Assembly: GCA_965178125.1 (NCBI GenBank)
Contig: OZ237764.1
Span: 1 to 64,000, forward strand
Reading direction: 5' to 3'
Length of the DNA: 64,000 nt
Origin: Bilabrum cf. latius
Taxonomy: Eukaryota
Shown here in pieces: positions 1-9,839 of the stretch. Every line of letters starts with the position of its first letter. Within the stretch, counting starts at the first letter, position 1. Both the position numbers and the translations under genes were made by a program. A model generated the notes under the pieces. That model did not search any database. It was given only the letters and a program-made list of their open reading frames with translations, and was not told where the DNA came from.

Positions 1-44
1 CCAAGCAAGAGCAGAGTGATTATACTGAATAATCTAAAATTCAT
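1..44 (-). CDS. N-terminus of the next bacterial gene (signal peptide-like), running off the window
   Basis: ATG at 44-42 overlaps the end of the 34..1491 gene and reads MNFRLFSIITLLLL, a hydrophobic signal-like start. Confidence 0.5.
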   Translation of the reverse strand, partial: MNFRLFSIITLLLL

Positions 45-1491
45 TATCGAATATTTCACCGATTAGTTGTTCTACGACTCCAGCATTTCTATCAAATAGA
101 TGAAGTTCCTGACAGAAGAATACTTGTGAGATATTGTTATTGCGACGGCGAACTGCAGCAACTACCTGAGAGCTACCATTCCATCCGCGGAAGCGCGTAA
201 TTTGAGCATAGTAAAAATCCTGAGCATCTGCAGATGCGATCATGGGCACCACGCCAAATTCCACATTGGTTGGATTCAATTTCGGGAAGCGAGCCGTATC
301 GATTAATGGGACCAGGGCCGAATCCGATACAATACGCGCTTGAGATGCAGGTACCGTAGATACTGATATGTCATCAATAGGATATACGGATCTAGATTCA
401 CTCAGGTCTTGGGTAGTTGTAAACTTCGTGGTAAGGAAGTATTTGCCGCCATCATCCGTGAACCGCTGAACAATCGGCGCTAAATAGTCGAGTAGGGGTT
501 TTTCATCCCCGGTAACGGTATTGCGGAAATTTGTAGGAGGTAGATTAAGAAAGGCTTTGGGATATTGCTCAAATATGAGTCTTACTGTAGGGTCAAAGTA
601 CTTAGGCAGGTTAATTCCCTGACCAAAACCGAAGTTTAAAAGGTCATAGTTAAGATTATTGGCATCCAAATAAGTCTTGTATTCCGCAGTAATACTCGCC
701 GTATGACCAGAGATCCAAAGTACATCAACGTTTGAAGATTTCGGTCTGAAGTAGAAGGATTCGCTGGTATCAATATCGCTAATGGCATCTGCAATATCAA
801 TCGAGCGGATATAGACGCGGTTGCTATCATTTGCCCGCATTCCGTTGATACTAATGGGTGCCGCAGCTGTGCTATTGCCATAGTAGATTGCTGAGGCTGC
901 CTGACCACTTTGAATGCTGACTTCAGGTAAGAAAGTAATGAGGTTTTGACCGCGATCGATTTCGACCCAATCGCCGTCGTTAATTCTAATTTCTACTGCT
1001 TTAAGGGTATTATCTCCATCTGGATCAGAGGCCTGCCAGAAGAATGTTGCCGCTATGAAAGCAGTATCGGATGGCCCTCTATCATCGAGAAAGGCGGCAT
1101 CCGGTGGAGTGTTGATTAAGGGAACTCTTAAGAATGCAGGGCTTGGATCGATATTACCATCATTGTCAATGGCTCTAACGAAAAAGCTAATGTCTGCCGA
1201 ATCAGCACCAGGTGGAATATCAAAAAGGAAAACAGAGTCCTGGGTGGTGGTGTATTCCCAGTTTTGCTGGTCGAGGGAAAGTTCATATCCTTCAATGTAG
1301 CCATCTCTATCTGTGCCATACCAACTAAGGCGCACCGACGAGTTCAATCGATTTTGGCCAGTTAGATTAATGGCTTCATAGCTGATGAAAGTATTGGGAA
1401 CTCCATTACGATCAATTTCGCCTTTGCGACAAGCGGAAAAGACTAAGCTTAAAGAGATGAGTCCAAGGATTGACTTTAATTTTCCCGACAT
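34..1491 (-). CDS. Bacteroidota-type lipoprotein, function unknown
   Basis: 485-aa ORF with lipobox-like LVFSA-C after a signal peptide and DNDGNIDPSPA/DPDGD Ig-like motifs; ends in TAG used as a normal stop, with the next gene overlapping it. Confidence 0.75.
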   Translation of the reverse strand: MSGKLKSILGLISLSLVFSACRKGEIDRNGVPNTFISYEAINLTGQNRLNSSVRLSWYGTDRDGYIEGYELSLDQQNWEYTTTQDSVFLFDIPPGADSADISFFVRAIDNDGNIDPSPAFLRVPLINTPPDAAFLDDRGPSDTAFIAATFFWQASDPDGDNTLKAVEIRINDGDWVEIDRGQNLITFLPEVSIQSGQAASAIYYGNSTAAAPISINGMRANDSNRVYIRSIDIADAISDIDTSESFYFRPKSSNVDVLWISGHTASITAEYKTYLDANNLNYDLLNFGFGQGINLPKYFDPTVRLIFEQYPKAFLNLPPTNFRNTVTGDEKPLLDYLAPIVQRFTDDGGKYFLTTKFTTTQDLSESRSVYPIDDISVSTVPASQARIVSDSALVPLIDTARFPKLNPTNVEFGVVPMIASADAQDFYYAQITRFRGWNGSSQVVAAVRRRNNNISQVFFCQELHLFDRNAGVVEQLIGEIFDNEF

Positions 1492-1540
1492 AGCAGAAAG
1501 ATTAAAAAGGAAGCCCCCATTGGAGGCTTCCTTAATTAGA

Positions 1541-3766
1541 TTATTTACCTACAACAACTTTGTGGCTGTTGCTTAATCCAGTTTTAGTTTCTGTGGTGTT
1601 TAGGATGTATACACCAGCAGTAAGGTTGGATACGTTTACTTCGTGCTTTTGAGCGGCTTCAGTGCTGCTCATGATTACACGACCGTTTAGGTCTAATAAA
1701 CGATATTCAAGGGTCGTCGACTTGCTCTCGATGGTGAAAGCTGCGGTAGCCGGGTTAGGGTAAATCGCTACTTCATCAGCTGCAACTTCGTTTAAACCTA
1801 CGTTGGTTGGTACATTACAACCATTGGTATCCAATGGAGTACTTAGGTTAACAATATCGAAGTTGTTACGGGGAAGAAGTTTGTAGTTTCCAAAGCTAAA
1901 CCAAAGGATACCATGCATTGCATCCATATCCATGCTAGAGTTAGTGATTACTGCAGGAACCATAAGGTTTCCGCCGCTAGTAACGTAGCTAGAGTCAGAA
2001 ATTAAGGATACGTACAAGCTTGAGGTGGCGGTAGTTCCACTCTGGCGCCCAGCTAATACACGAGAAGACTGTGAGGATCCAAAACTAGGATCGGTAGCGA
2101 TACGGTACTCACCAAATCCAGCATCTGGATCGCTGATGAAAACTTTACCACCAGCAGGGTTTTGATAGGAAACCAACATGCCTTCATACATTTCTTTATT
2201 CAGGCTTGCGTCGGAAGGATCGATAGGAGTTGGCATAATAGTTTGAGAATTATTCAAACCAACATAGTTATCTACGTTTAAGTAGGTTACACCGAAAGTC
2301 TCTTGTACTGTACCAGTTACTTGAATTTCCTGATCGCGATAAACATTATCTAAATCCTGATTAGGAATAAGGGCAATACCAGCAAAGATGGTATCACGAG
2401 GATCTTGTAAGTAAACATACTCTAAATCACAATCGCGACGGGCAGAGGTGATAAAACCTGTAACTGTAACTGTTTGTCCTTCAAATACGCTTCCTCCGGT
2501 GCCGTTTCCGCTATACTGCACATCGAAAATACGCAGACCGTTATCACGCACTGAGTAGTGGTTGAAGTTAGGATCCGGTTGTCCGGCAGGGCTCGCTGGG
2601 AATACTACGGATGAACCGTCGTTGTCAGTAGCACGAATCCAGTAGCGTACCAGGCTTCCATCTGCTTGAGCGGGGATATTGTACTCGTAAGTAGAACCGC
2701 TGGACAAGGTCATGTTCACTGAGGTAAAGCTACCTGATGCTAGGTTGGGATCAGCACTCCAGAATAGTTCAACGTTGGTAATACTTCCATCAGAGTCGGT
2801 AACATCGGCGCTGATCAATACAGTTGCACTACTAGTTGGTACAACTGGGAAGCTGAATACATTGCTAATGCTCGGGGCACTTGCTCCAACTACATAATGA
2901 GAAGTATCGAATGGGTTAATCTCATATCCACGGCCAGTTCCACCTGTACATCCATTTGCAGAATGGCGAATGATTCCTTTCAAAGAAGAGTAGAAGGTTC
3001 CAACTGAAGGGGCTACAAAAGCGCCGGTTCCTGTGGTGGAAGGAGAGTTGGGGTTTACAACAGTATGAGAGGGTGTACGCTGCGCTAGGAAGCGGTCAGA
3101 CACGTTAACTACATTACCGTTAGCGTCGGCAACATTGAAACTCACACGGTTTCCACTAAATGGAATAACCTGTACTACGGTTACATTGGTCAACTCAACA
3201 AAACTGTTTTGCCAATACTCACCAGTTTGTACATTATTCACACGCTGATTATCATTAAGATCACCAGCAGAAATACTAGCAGGTACAAAAGCTGAAGGCA
3301 TTAAATCACCCGAGCTTAATAGGGTTACCGAGTTCGCATCGATAGTAGTCATTTGAGTGTTTCCGTCAAACTGATCCACTACGGCAGTAACCTCTACCTT
3401 ATCACCTTGAAAAAGGGCGGTGAATCCAGGAATTGGTTGAAGGTTTCCTTGGGCGTCGTTATATACACCCATTACTTCGATACCACTTAAAGTATCACCT
3501 GCTCCACCAGTAGCGGTATCTACCATGTAGATAAAAGGACGGTTTCCGCCTTGTACGGAACCGGAAGCAACTTCTGATAATCCGCCATCGGTAACAACGT
3601 GAGCACGGAAGCGCACAGTATCACCTAGGTAGATTGAAGTGTCATTACAAGCGGCAAGATCTATCGATTGATTGATCTGTTTGATAGTAACCAGGGGGTA
3701 AGAACTCTGGGCACTCAAGAATCCGGTTAATAATAGACCGGCGAAGAGAGGTAGTAGTCTTCTCAT
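1541..3766 (-). CDS. Secreted protein with a T9SS type-A C-terminal sorting domain
   Basis: Signal peptide; C-terminus IYPNPA...LLDLNGRVI...LTAGVYIL...KVVV matches the Por secretion tail pattern. Confidence 0.85.
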   Translation of the reverse strand: MRRLLPLFAGLLLTGFLSAQSSYPLVTIKQINQSIDLAACNDTSIYLGDTVRFRAHVVTDGGLSEVASGSVQGGNRPFIYMVDTATGGAGDTLSGIEVMGVYNDAQGNLQPIPGFTALFQGDKVEVTAVVDQFDGNTQMTTIDANSVTLLSSGDLMPSAFVPASISAGDLNDNQRVNNVQTGEYWQNSFVELTNVTVVQVIPFSGNRVSFNVADANGNVVNVSDRFLAQRTPSHTVVNPNSPSTTGTGAFVAPSVGTFYSSLKGIIRHSANGCTGGTGRGYEINPFDTSHYVVGASAPSISNVFSFPVVPTSSATVLISADVTDSDGSITNVELFWSADPNLASGSFTSVNMTLSSGSTYEYNIPAQADGSLVRYWIRATDNDGSSVVFPASPAGQPDPNFNHYSVRDNGLRIFDVQYSGNGTGGSVFEGQTVTVTGFITSARRDCDLEYVYLQDPRDTIFAGIALIPNQDLDNVYRDQEIQVTGTVQETFGVTYLNVDNYVGLNNSQTIMPTPIDPSDASLNKEMYEGMLVSYQNPAGGKVFISDPDAGFGEYRIATDPSFGSSQSSRVLAGRQSGTTATSSLYVSLISDSSYVTSGGNLMVPAVITNSSMDMDAMHGILWFSFGNYKLLPRNNFDIVNLSTPLDTNGCNVPTNVGLNEVAADEVAIYPNPATAAFTIESKSTTLEYRLLDLNGRVIMSSTEAAQKHEVNVSNLTAGVYILNTTETKTGLSNSHKVVVGK

Positions 3767-3777
3767 TTTTATGGTAT

Positions 3778-5957
3778 TTACTTAATTATCACAAATTTTC
3801 CGGTGAATCGCTCACCACTATTTAAATCTTCAACAGAGAACATGTAAAGGCCACGACTTATAATCTGACTCTCCACAGAGAGTAGATCCCAAGCGTGTTC
3901 TCCGCCACTAAATCGGTTCTCACCCGCATCTTCTGCACCAAAAGTGCGGAACCAGCGAATATCACTACCGTCGTAGTTCTCATCATGTCTAATTTCATCA
4001 ATAAAGTCTCCCCCCGCCGTATAAATGCGGATTACGCAACGCGCTGGAAGGTTCGCAAAAATGATTTTTCGACTTTCTTCTTGGAAGTTTGAGTTGCCCT
4101 CCCATGCGGCACCATAGTAATAGGGATTAGGGTAAACGAAAGGTTGATTTTCGTCCATGTTTTCATTAGGGCCAGTTCCAGCAAAAGCACGATTGTTATT
4201 GGCCAGGAAGGAACTCTCCAAGGATTCCAGATTGCTTTCCGGATTACCTTCATCAAAGGCAGTTACCGCTGTAGCATATTGCCAGCCATTTGGAATATTA
4301 TCAATGGTGTAGCGATAGTGATATGCTACCGTATCATCATTAAAATAAAAAGGTGGATCAAGCTTCACAGAACTAAATCCAGTTTCGTTGAAGAGATTGT
4401 TCCCACGTTTGTCGTACTGGGCAATTAGGCTAAAGTCCCTAGCCAGATCTGGTACCCGGTTACATCAAAACCCAAACGGGAGAGATAAAGCCGGTAACCC
4501 TCAAAGTCTTCGGTACTGGAAATGGGATCGATGCTGCGTTCTGCATTATCAGACCAATAAATATCAATTTGGCCGTCTCCTGGCTCTACCCTTGTGCGTG
4601 GGATATCAGGAGGAGAAGGAAGTATGAAGCGGGTGATTTTCCCATCGCCATCATTGTCTTCTCCCGCGTCAAGGAGGCCATTGAAATTTTGATCTTCCCC
4701 GTTAAACGCCTGTTGCGCCCATCCGGCATTTGTGATGAGATTCTCTCTTTGTAATTCGTTGTTATCCTGATTGGGATTGCCATCCTCATTTTTCTTGGCG
4801 AAAACATAAGCGAAGGAAACTTCTATCTCCTCTCCAGGTCCAAAACTATTAAAGGGACCGGCCGAAACTAAATCCGACCTATTTCCGGCAGCGTTTAGCT
4901 CTGCTTGAAAGTCGCGCCCGTTGCAAGAAGGATCATTGGGGTTATTCCAGCAGGGGTTTTGATTAAGCCCTTGACTTAATTTTTGATATCGATCATTTTC
5001 GGTTGTGGGGAAAGCAAAATCCGCACTAAAGTCATTGAAGACCCAGGCATTATAATTTACGAAGAACTCATCAAGCTCCCAGGTTCCGGTAATGGGATTA
5101 AAATTAGAGTCTAGATCAGGATGATGGAAACCTTCCTTGTCTGAGGCTCCCAGAAATTTTTGACCTGCATAGCTTTCTGTAAATCCGAGGTCACCGGCAG
5201 CATCATAGCAGTAAGCAAGATGCAGAGAATCCATAAAGCCATTACCACCTTTATTGTAGAAGGCTGCTCCACCTGCACCTGCAGCGGTAATATTTATATT
5301 TCGCACAACGGTATTATTCCAAAGTGCGGCATAGACATCTTCATAGGTGTTTTGCCCTTCATTTCGAAAACGAAGGTTTACGATGACCATGAAATCGGTG
5401 AAATTGTAGTTCCAGTTATAGGTCTGCATTTCCACCTTAATATTCATAGGTCGGGTATGATCATTAATTGGGATCTGCGTGCCAGGAACGACGATACTCT
5501 TATCGCTAAATGTGGCCACGAAATCTTGATGAGAAACTGCTGCAGGATCAAAGAATCGACTGTCGAAAAGGCTACTGCGTTCTTGTAATCCTCGCTCTGC
5601 GCCAACAATAGAAGTGTCAACGTGAAATTCAAAGCCACCTCGCCCGGGGGCATAGCCTTGAGGCGCATCGTAGGCAGAGGTAGAAACTACAATCTGCCCC
5701 CCATTCTCTTTACCTCCAATCCAGATTCCTCCTTCGAAAAGGTGCTCAACTCCTGATCCCGCAGGATATTCCGCACTCGGATCTCCTGTTCCGTCGCGAT
5801 AACCCCGAAAGGCGTTTCCGAATGTGCCAATATTGGTGACATTAAGGCGAACATTACTGGCATTGGTGATTTTTTCCTGAAAAGAATTCTGTGCATCCAA
5901 GCCGGATCCAACTAGAAGCATCATTAGTACCAGAACCCAGTGTATTCCTTTCCTCAT
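3778..5957 (-). CDS. Large secreted Bacteroidota protein split by one frameshift (ORFs 4425..5957 and 3778..4368 are one gene)
   Basis: Adding one G to the GGG run at 4455-4457 gives ...GFDVTG VPDLARDFSLIAQYDKRGNNLFNETGFSSVKLDPPF..., joining both ORFs; C-terminal VYPNPY...IIFANLP...IRIYT...WDL...GLY...GKFVIIK tail. Confidence 0.75.
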
Positions 5958-6565
5958 CGCTTTATCACTTTTCGTGTTTCCAAAAAGTCCTTGCCATCAC
6001 TTAGCTGTATCAGATAGACTCCCGCAGGCCAATTTTCACAAGGAATGCTCCATTCTTCCTTACCGGGATTGGTCCACAGCCCGATGGTCTGACCGCTGAG
6101 GTTCATAACCCTAAGGTTAAGTGGAAGTTTTGCGAATGGTCCCCTGAGCATAAGATTTAATCGAGACTTAACAGGATTGCTGAAACTCCAGTAGTTTTCA
6201 TTTGTGGAATAAGTATTTAAACCTATTCCTGATACACTGGCCTCTAATTCAATTTCTACCGGAAGGTGATCACTGAAATTATATAGTGCCGAAGCCACAG
6301 TACTGTTAACCGAGAAATTAGAGCTGGTGTTAAGGTTGCCATTGTAGCTGCTACCATCCTGACCTACAGCTTGATAGTCTACGAAGCTTAAGCCATCATT
6401 ATTGTTCATTATGGCGTCTGAAGCTAAAACGAAATCAAAGCGGTCGTCCATGCCACCTCCGCTGAAACAGCCTGAAGAACTTGCCCGGGTGCTTTGAGTA
6501 TGAACATTGCGATAGGTACTGTTATTATTCCAGCTCCCCATTTGGTTTTCGGGGTCTTTAAAGCT
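5954..6565 (-). CDS. C-terminal part of an endonuclease/exonuclease/phosphatase-family protein with T9SS tail, 5'-truncated at the junction
   Basis: GGMDDRFDF and FSDHLPV EEP-type motifs, then NP...AGVYLIQL...KVIK tail; the frame stays open upstream (SFKDPENQM) up to the telomere repeat. Confidence 0.75.
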   Translation of the reverse strand, partial: SFKDPENQMGSWNNNSTYRNVHTQSTRASSSGCFSGGGMDDRFDFVLASDAIMNNNDGLSFVDYQAVGQDGSSYNGNLNTSSNFSVNSTVASALYNFSDHLPVEIELEASVSGIGLNTYSTNENYWSFSNPVKSRLNLMLRGPFAKLPLNLRVMNLSGQTIGLWTNPGKEEWSIPCENWPAGVYLIQLSDGKDFLETRKVIKR

Positions 6566-7451
6566 ACCCTAACCCTAACCCTAACCCTAACCCTAACCCT
6601 AACCCTAACCCTAACCCTAACCCTAACCCTAACCCTAACCCTAACCCTAACCCTAACCCTAACCCTAACCCTAACCCTAACCCTAACCCTAACCCTAACC
6701 CTAACCCTAACCCTAACCCTAACCCTAACCCTAACCCTAACCCTAACCCTAACCCTAACCCTAACCCTAACCCTAACCCTAACCCTAACCCTAACCCTAA
6801 CCCTAACCCTAACCCTAACCCTAACCCTAACCCTAACCCTAACCCTAACCCTAACCCTAACCCTAACCCTAACCCTAACCCTAACCCTAACCCTAACCCT
6901 AACCCTAACCCTAACCCTAACCCTAACCCTAACCCTAACCCTAACCCTAACCCTAACCCTAACCCTAACCCTAACCCTAACCCTAACCCTAACCCTAACC
7001 CTAACCCTAACCCTAACCCTAACCCTAACCCTAACCCTAACCCTAACCCTAACCCTAACCCTAACCCTAACCCTAACCCTAACCCTAACCCTAACCCTAA
7101 CCCTAACCCTAACCCTAACCCTAACCCTAACCCTAACCCTAACCCTAACCCTAACCCTAACCCTAACCCTAACCCTAACCCTAACCCTAACCCTAACCCT
7201 AACCCTAACCCTAACCCTAACCCTAACCCTAACCCTAACCCTAACCCTAACCCTAACCCTAACCCTAACCCTAACCCTAACCCTAACCCTAACCCTAACC
7301 CTAACCCTAACCCTAACCCTAACCCTAACCCTAACCCTAACCCTAACCCTAACCCTAACCCTAACCCTAACCCTAACCCTAACCCTAACCCTAACCCTAA
7401 CCCTAACCCTAACCCTAACCCTAACCCTAACCCTAACCCTAACCCTAACCC
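6566..7451 (+). repeat. Telomere, (CCCTAA)n, about 147 perfect units; left chromosome end of a eukaryote
   Basis: Uninterrupted CCCTAA array (TTAGGG on the minus strand) followed by subtelomeric repeats and eukaryotic genes. Confidence 0.97.
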
Positions 7452-7453
7452 GC

Positions 7454-7910
7454 GGAGGGGTGCTGTGGGGGCGGTGGATGAGGTAATGCTTGGTGTGTCT
7501 GATCGTGGAGGGGTGCTGTGGGGGCGGTGGATGAGGTAATGCTTGGTGTGTCTGATCGTGGAGGGGTGCTGTGGGGGCGGTGGATGAGGTAATGCTCGGT
7601 GTGTCTGATCGTGGAGGGGTGCTGTGGGGGCGGTGGATGAGGTAATGCTTGGTGTGTCTGATCGTGGAGGGGTGCTGTGGGGGCGGTGGATGAGGTAATG
7701 CTTGGTGTGTCTGATCGTGGAGGGGTGCTGTGGGGGCGGTGGATGAGGTAATGCTTGGTGTGTCTGATCGTGGAGGGGTGCTGTGGGGGCGGTGGATGAG
7801 GTAATGCTTGGTGTGTCTGATCGTGGAGGGGTGCTGTGGGGGCGGTGGATGAGGTAATGCTTGGTGTGTCTGATCGTGGAGGGGTGCTGTGGGGGCGGTG
7901 GATGAGGTAA
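7454..7910 (+). repeat. Subtelomeric 53-bp tandem repeat, 8 full copies plus a partial copy
   Basis: Unit GGAGGGGTGCTGTGGGGGCGGTGGATGAGGTAATGCTTGGTGTGTCTGATCGT at 7454, 7507, 7560 ... 7878; nearly identical copies. Confidence 0.95.
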
Positions 7911-7951
7911 TAGGTTAGGGGGTTAGGGGGTTAGGGTTAGGGTTAGGGTTA
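7911..7951 (+). repeat. Short internal telomeric tract in the opposite orientation (TTAGGG/TTAGGGGG on +)
   Basis: TAGG TTAGGGGG TTAGGGGG TTAGGG TTAGGG TTAGGG TTA. Confidence 0.9.
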
Positions 7952-8134
7952 ACCGCCGCCGTCCGACACGGCCCTCAAGGTTCCGCTCGGGCGGCTATTC
8001 TAGGCCTAGTTTGCGGGACGCATCTGATCCGGATACCGGAATCCGGATAGCCTACAGGACCCAAGCTTTTCGGACCGGATCCATTTGGAGATTGCTTCGT
8101 AGAGTGCTTTGCTACAACTGAAAGCCAAGCAGCA

Positions 8135-8719
8135 ATGGCTGGTGCATCGTCCGACCCAAAAGCTTCTGACACGGAAAGGACAGCCGTCGAATCGAAGCCA
8201 CAGGTATCTTTGCTATTTTCCATCGAGAACGGGATATTTAAGAAAGGAACCACTCCGCACGAGGAAGTTATGAAGAAATACTCAAAGATCAGCATGTGGG
8301 GCGACGCACAACTAGAGGTGTTTACTGGGGAGGGGTTTGATTCGAGGGATGCTTTCCTTGCAGCACTGGAGCCGTACATTAGCTGTCCCGATGAAGATTG
8401 GGCTGAGGACGCGAGGGATATCGATGTAGGAGACGGTGTCGGTTACGTTGCCCTAGAGACATTCTTGGAAAGATACGGTGAGTTCTGGGGTAAGCTTAAG
8501 GATGTTGAAACGGGCGAGAACGGCTCAATCGAAGGAGACCACCCGGGCCTGGCAGGTCTACGAGGCAACGCCTACAACATGTGGCTTCACTAGGACGACT
8601 CCATAGACGACTTGGTTCTCTCAAACACCAGGTAGATGCACGGAGACGGAAATTCGTATGTGCACGTCGCAAGAACCTCGACGGGTAGGTGGTACTGCTT
8701 CGCGTTCGACACGAGCTGA
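8135..8719 (+). CDS. Hypothetical protein of about 194 aa, with two in-frame TAG read as sense
   Basis: The ORF ending at TAG 8591-93 continues DDSIDDLVLSNTR[TAG]MHGDGNSYVHVARTSTGRWYCFAFDTS to TGA 8717-19. Confidence 0.6.
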
Positions 8720-9839
8720 TGCATGAGAACTGCCACTGGTAGTGATCAGGTACCTGATTGATCACTGATCGAATTTTCATTGCTGCAGTTGAGCACTCAA
8801 CTCAAATCAGTATCACGATGCGCACCACCACCAACACCACGCCTGGCACCATGAGCTATGAATGTGCACCACTGGCACCGGCATTGGCAGCAGCACTGCG
8901 ATCCCCTCGATCCCCGCCTCGAAGCCGATCTGCCTCTCTGCCACCGCCCGTGGCCAGCCTGCCGAAGGTGTTGAGCGCGGTGCTGCGACTGGCAGTTGTG
9001 CACGTTGGTCGCAAGCTGACGAAGTCAGCCAAGGCGGAGGACGGTGGGTGGAGCCGGCGGGGATAGCAGGCAGTGAGAAAAGGTCATGGAGGAGGAGGGG
9101 TAGTCACGGGTGGATCTGGAGGGGCGGACGGCTACTCCGGTCGATTTGCTTGCATGCAGCGGCGCAGTATGCCAAGGCAGGGTCAGGGTGACTGTGAGGG
9201 TGTGGATGAGGATGAGGGTGAGGGTGAGAAGCATGAGTGCATGAGTGATAGAAGGGAGTCAAGAGAGGATCCGTGCGTTGGCACAAAGGAGGGCTGGCGC
9301 CGATGCTTGTGCTGGTGCTAGCGGGCTAGACGGGTCACCAACCCTGCGAGCCAGGGCTCTCGTCGTGCGCAGAGCCTCCTGAAGTTGTACAGCAGCTCGT
9401 TGGCCCAGTTGCTAGCGCTCAGCACGCCCATGGGGGTCCTGCCAGCGCCTCTCCACGCAGCAACCGCTACCCATGATCATGAAGGCCTTGCGGTGGGTGC
9501 CGCCGTGGAGGCGGGCCAGGAGCAGCAGCAAATTCCCGGCGCGGCGGAGCTGGTCAACACATTCATGAGATAGCATGTCACAAGCTGGATGGAAGTTGGT
9601 ACACGCGCATACCGTTTCGGCGGCTAGCCACGCTGCGACAATCAGGCGGCAGGCCCGCTCGGGTTGCGTGCTGTTTCATTTCGCGTGTCAACGGTACTAA
9701 CCAAGACGACGTCCCGAGGAGGTGTCCAGGCGCTCACAACTCTCTTTTCTCAACCACCATATAATTATAGCACTGTAGTGATTACTGCAGCGGTGCTCCT
9801 GACATTCATTGCCTCCATAGCGCGCGTGTCTGAGACGCC

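Noticed and set aside
1-6565. Horizontal transfer of a bacterial operon into the eukaryotic chromosome
   Set aside because: It lies distal to a full terminal telomere, keeps the bacterial code and operon structure, and is cut mid-gene; a join artefact is simpler.
6494-7486. 330-aa (LT)n ORF
   Set aside because: Translation of the telomere repeat.
8760-9580. Possible small genes between the 8135 and 9840 genes
   Set aside because: Only short frames interrupted by TGA and no recognisable motif; at most a gene fragment.
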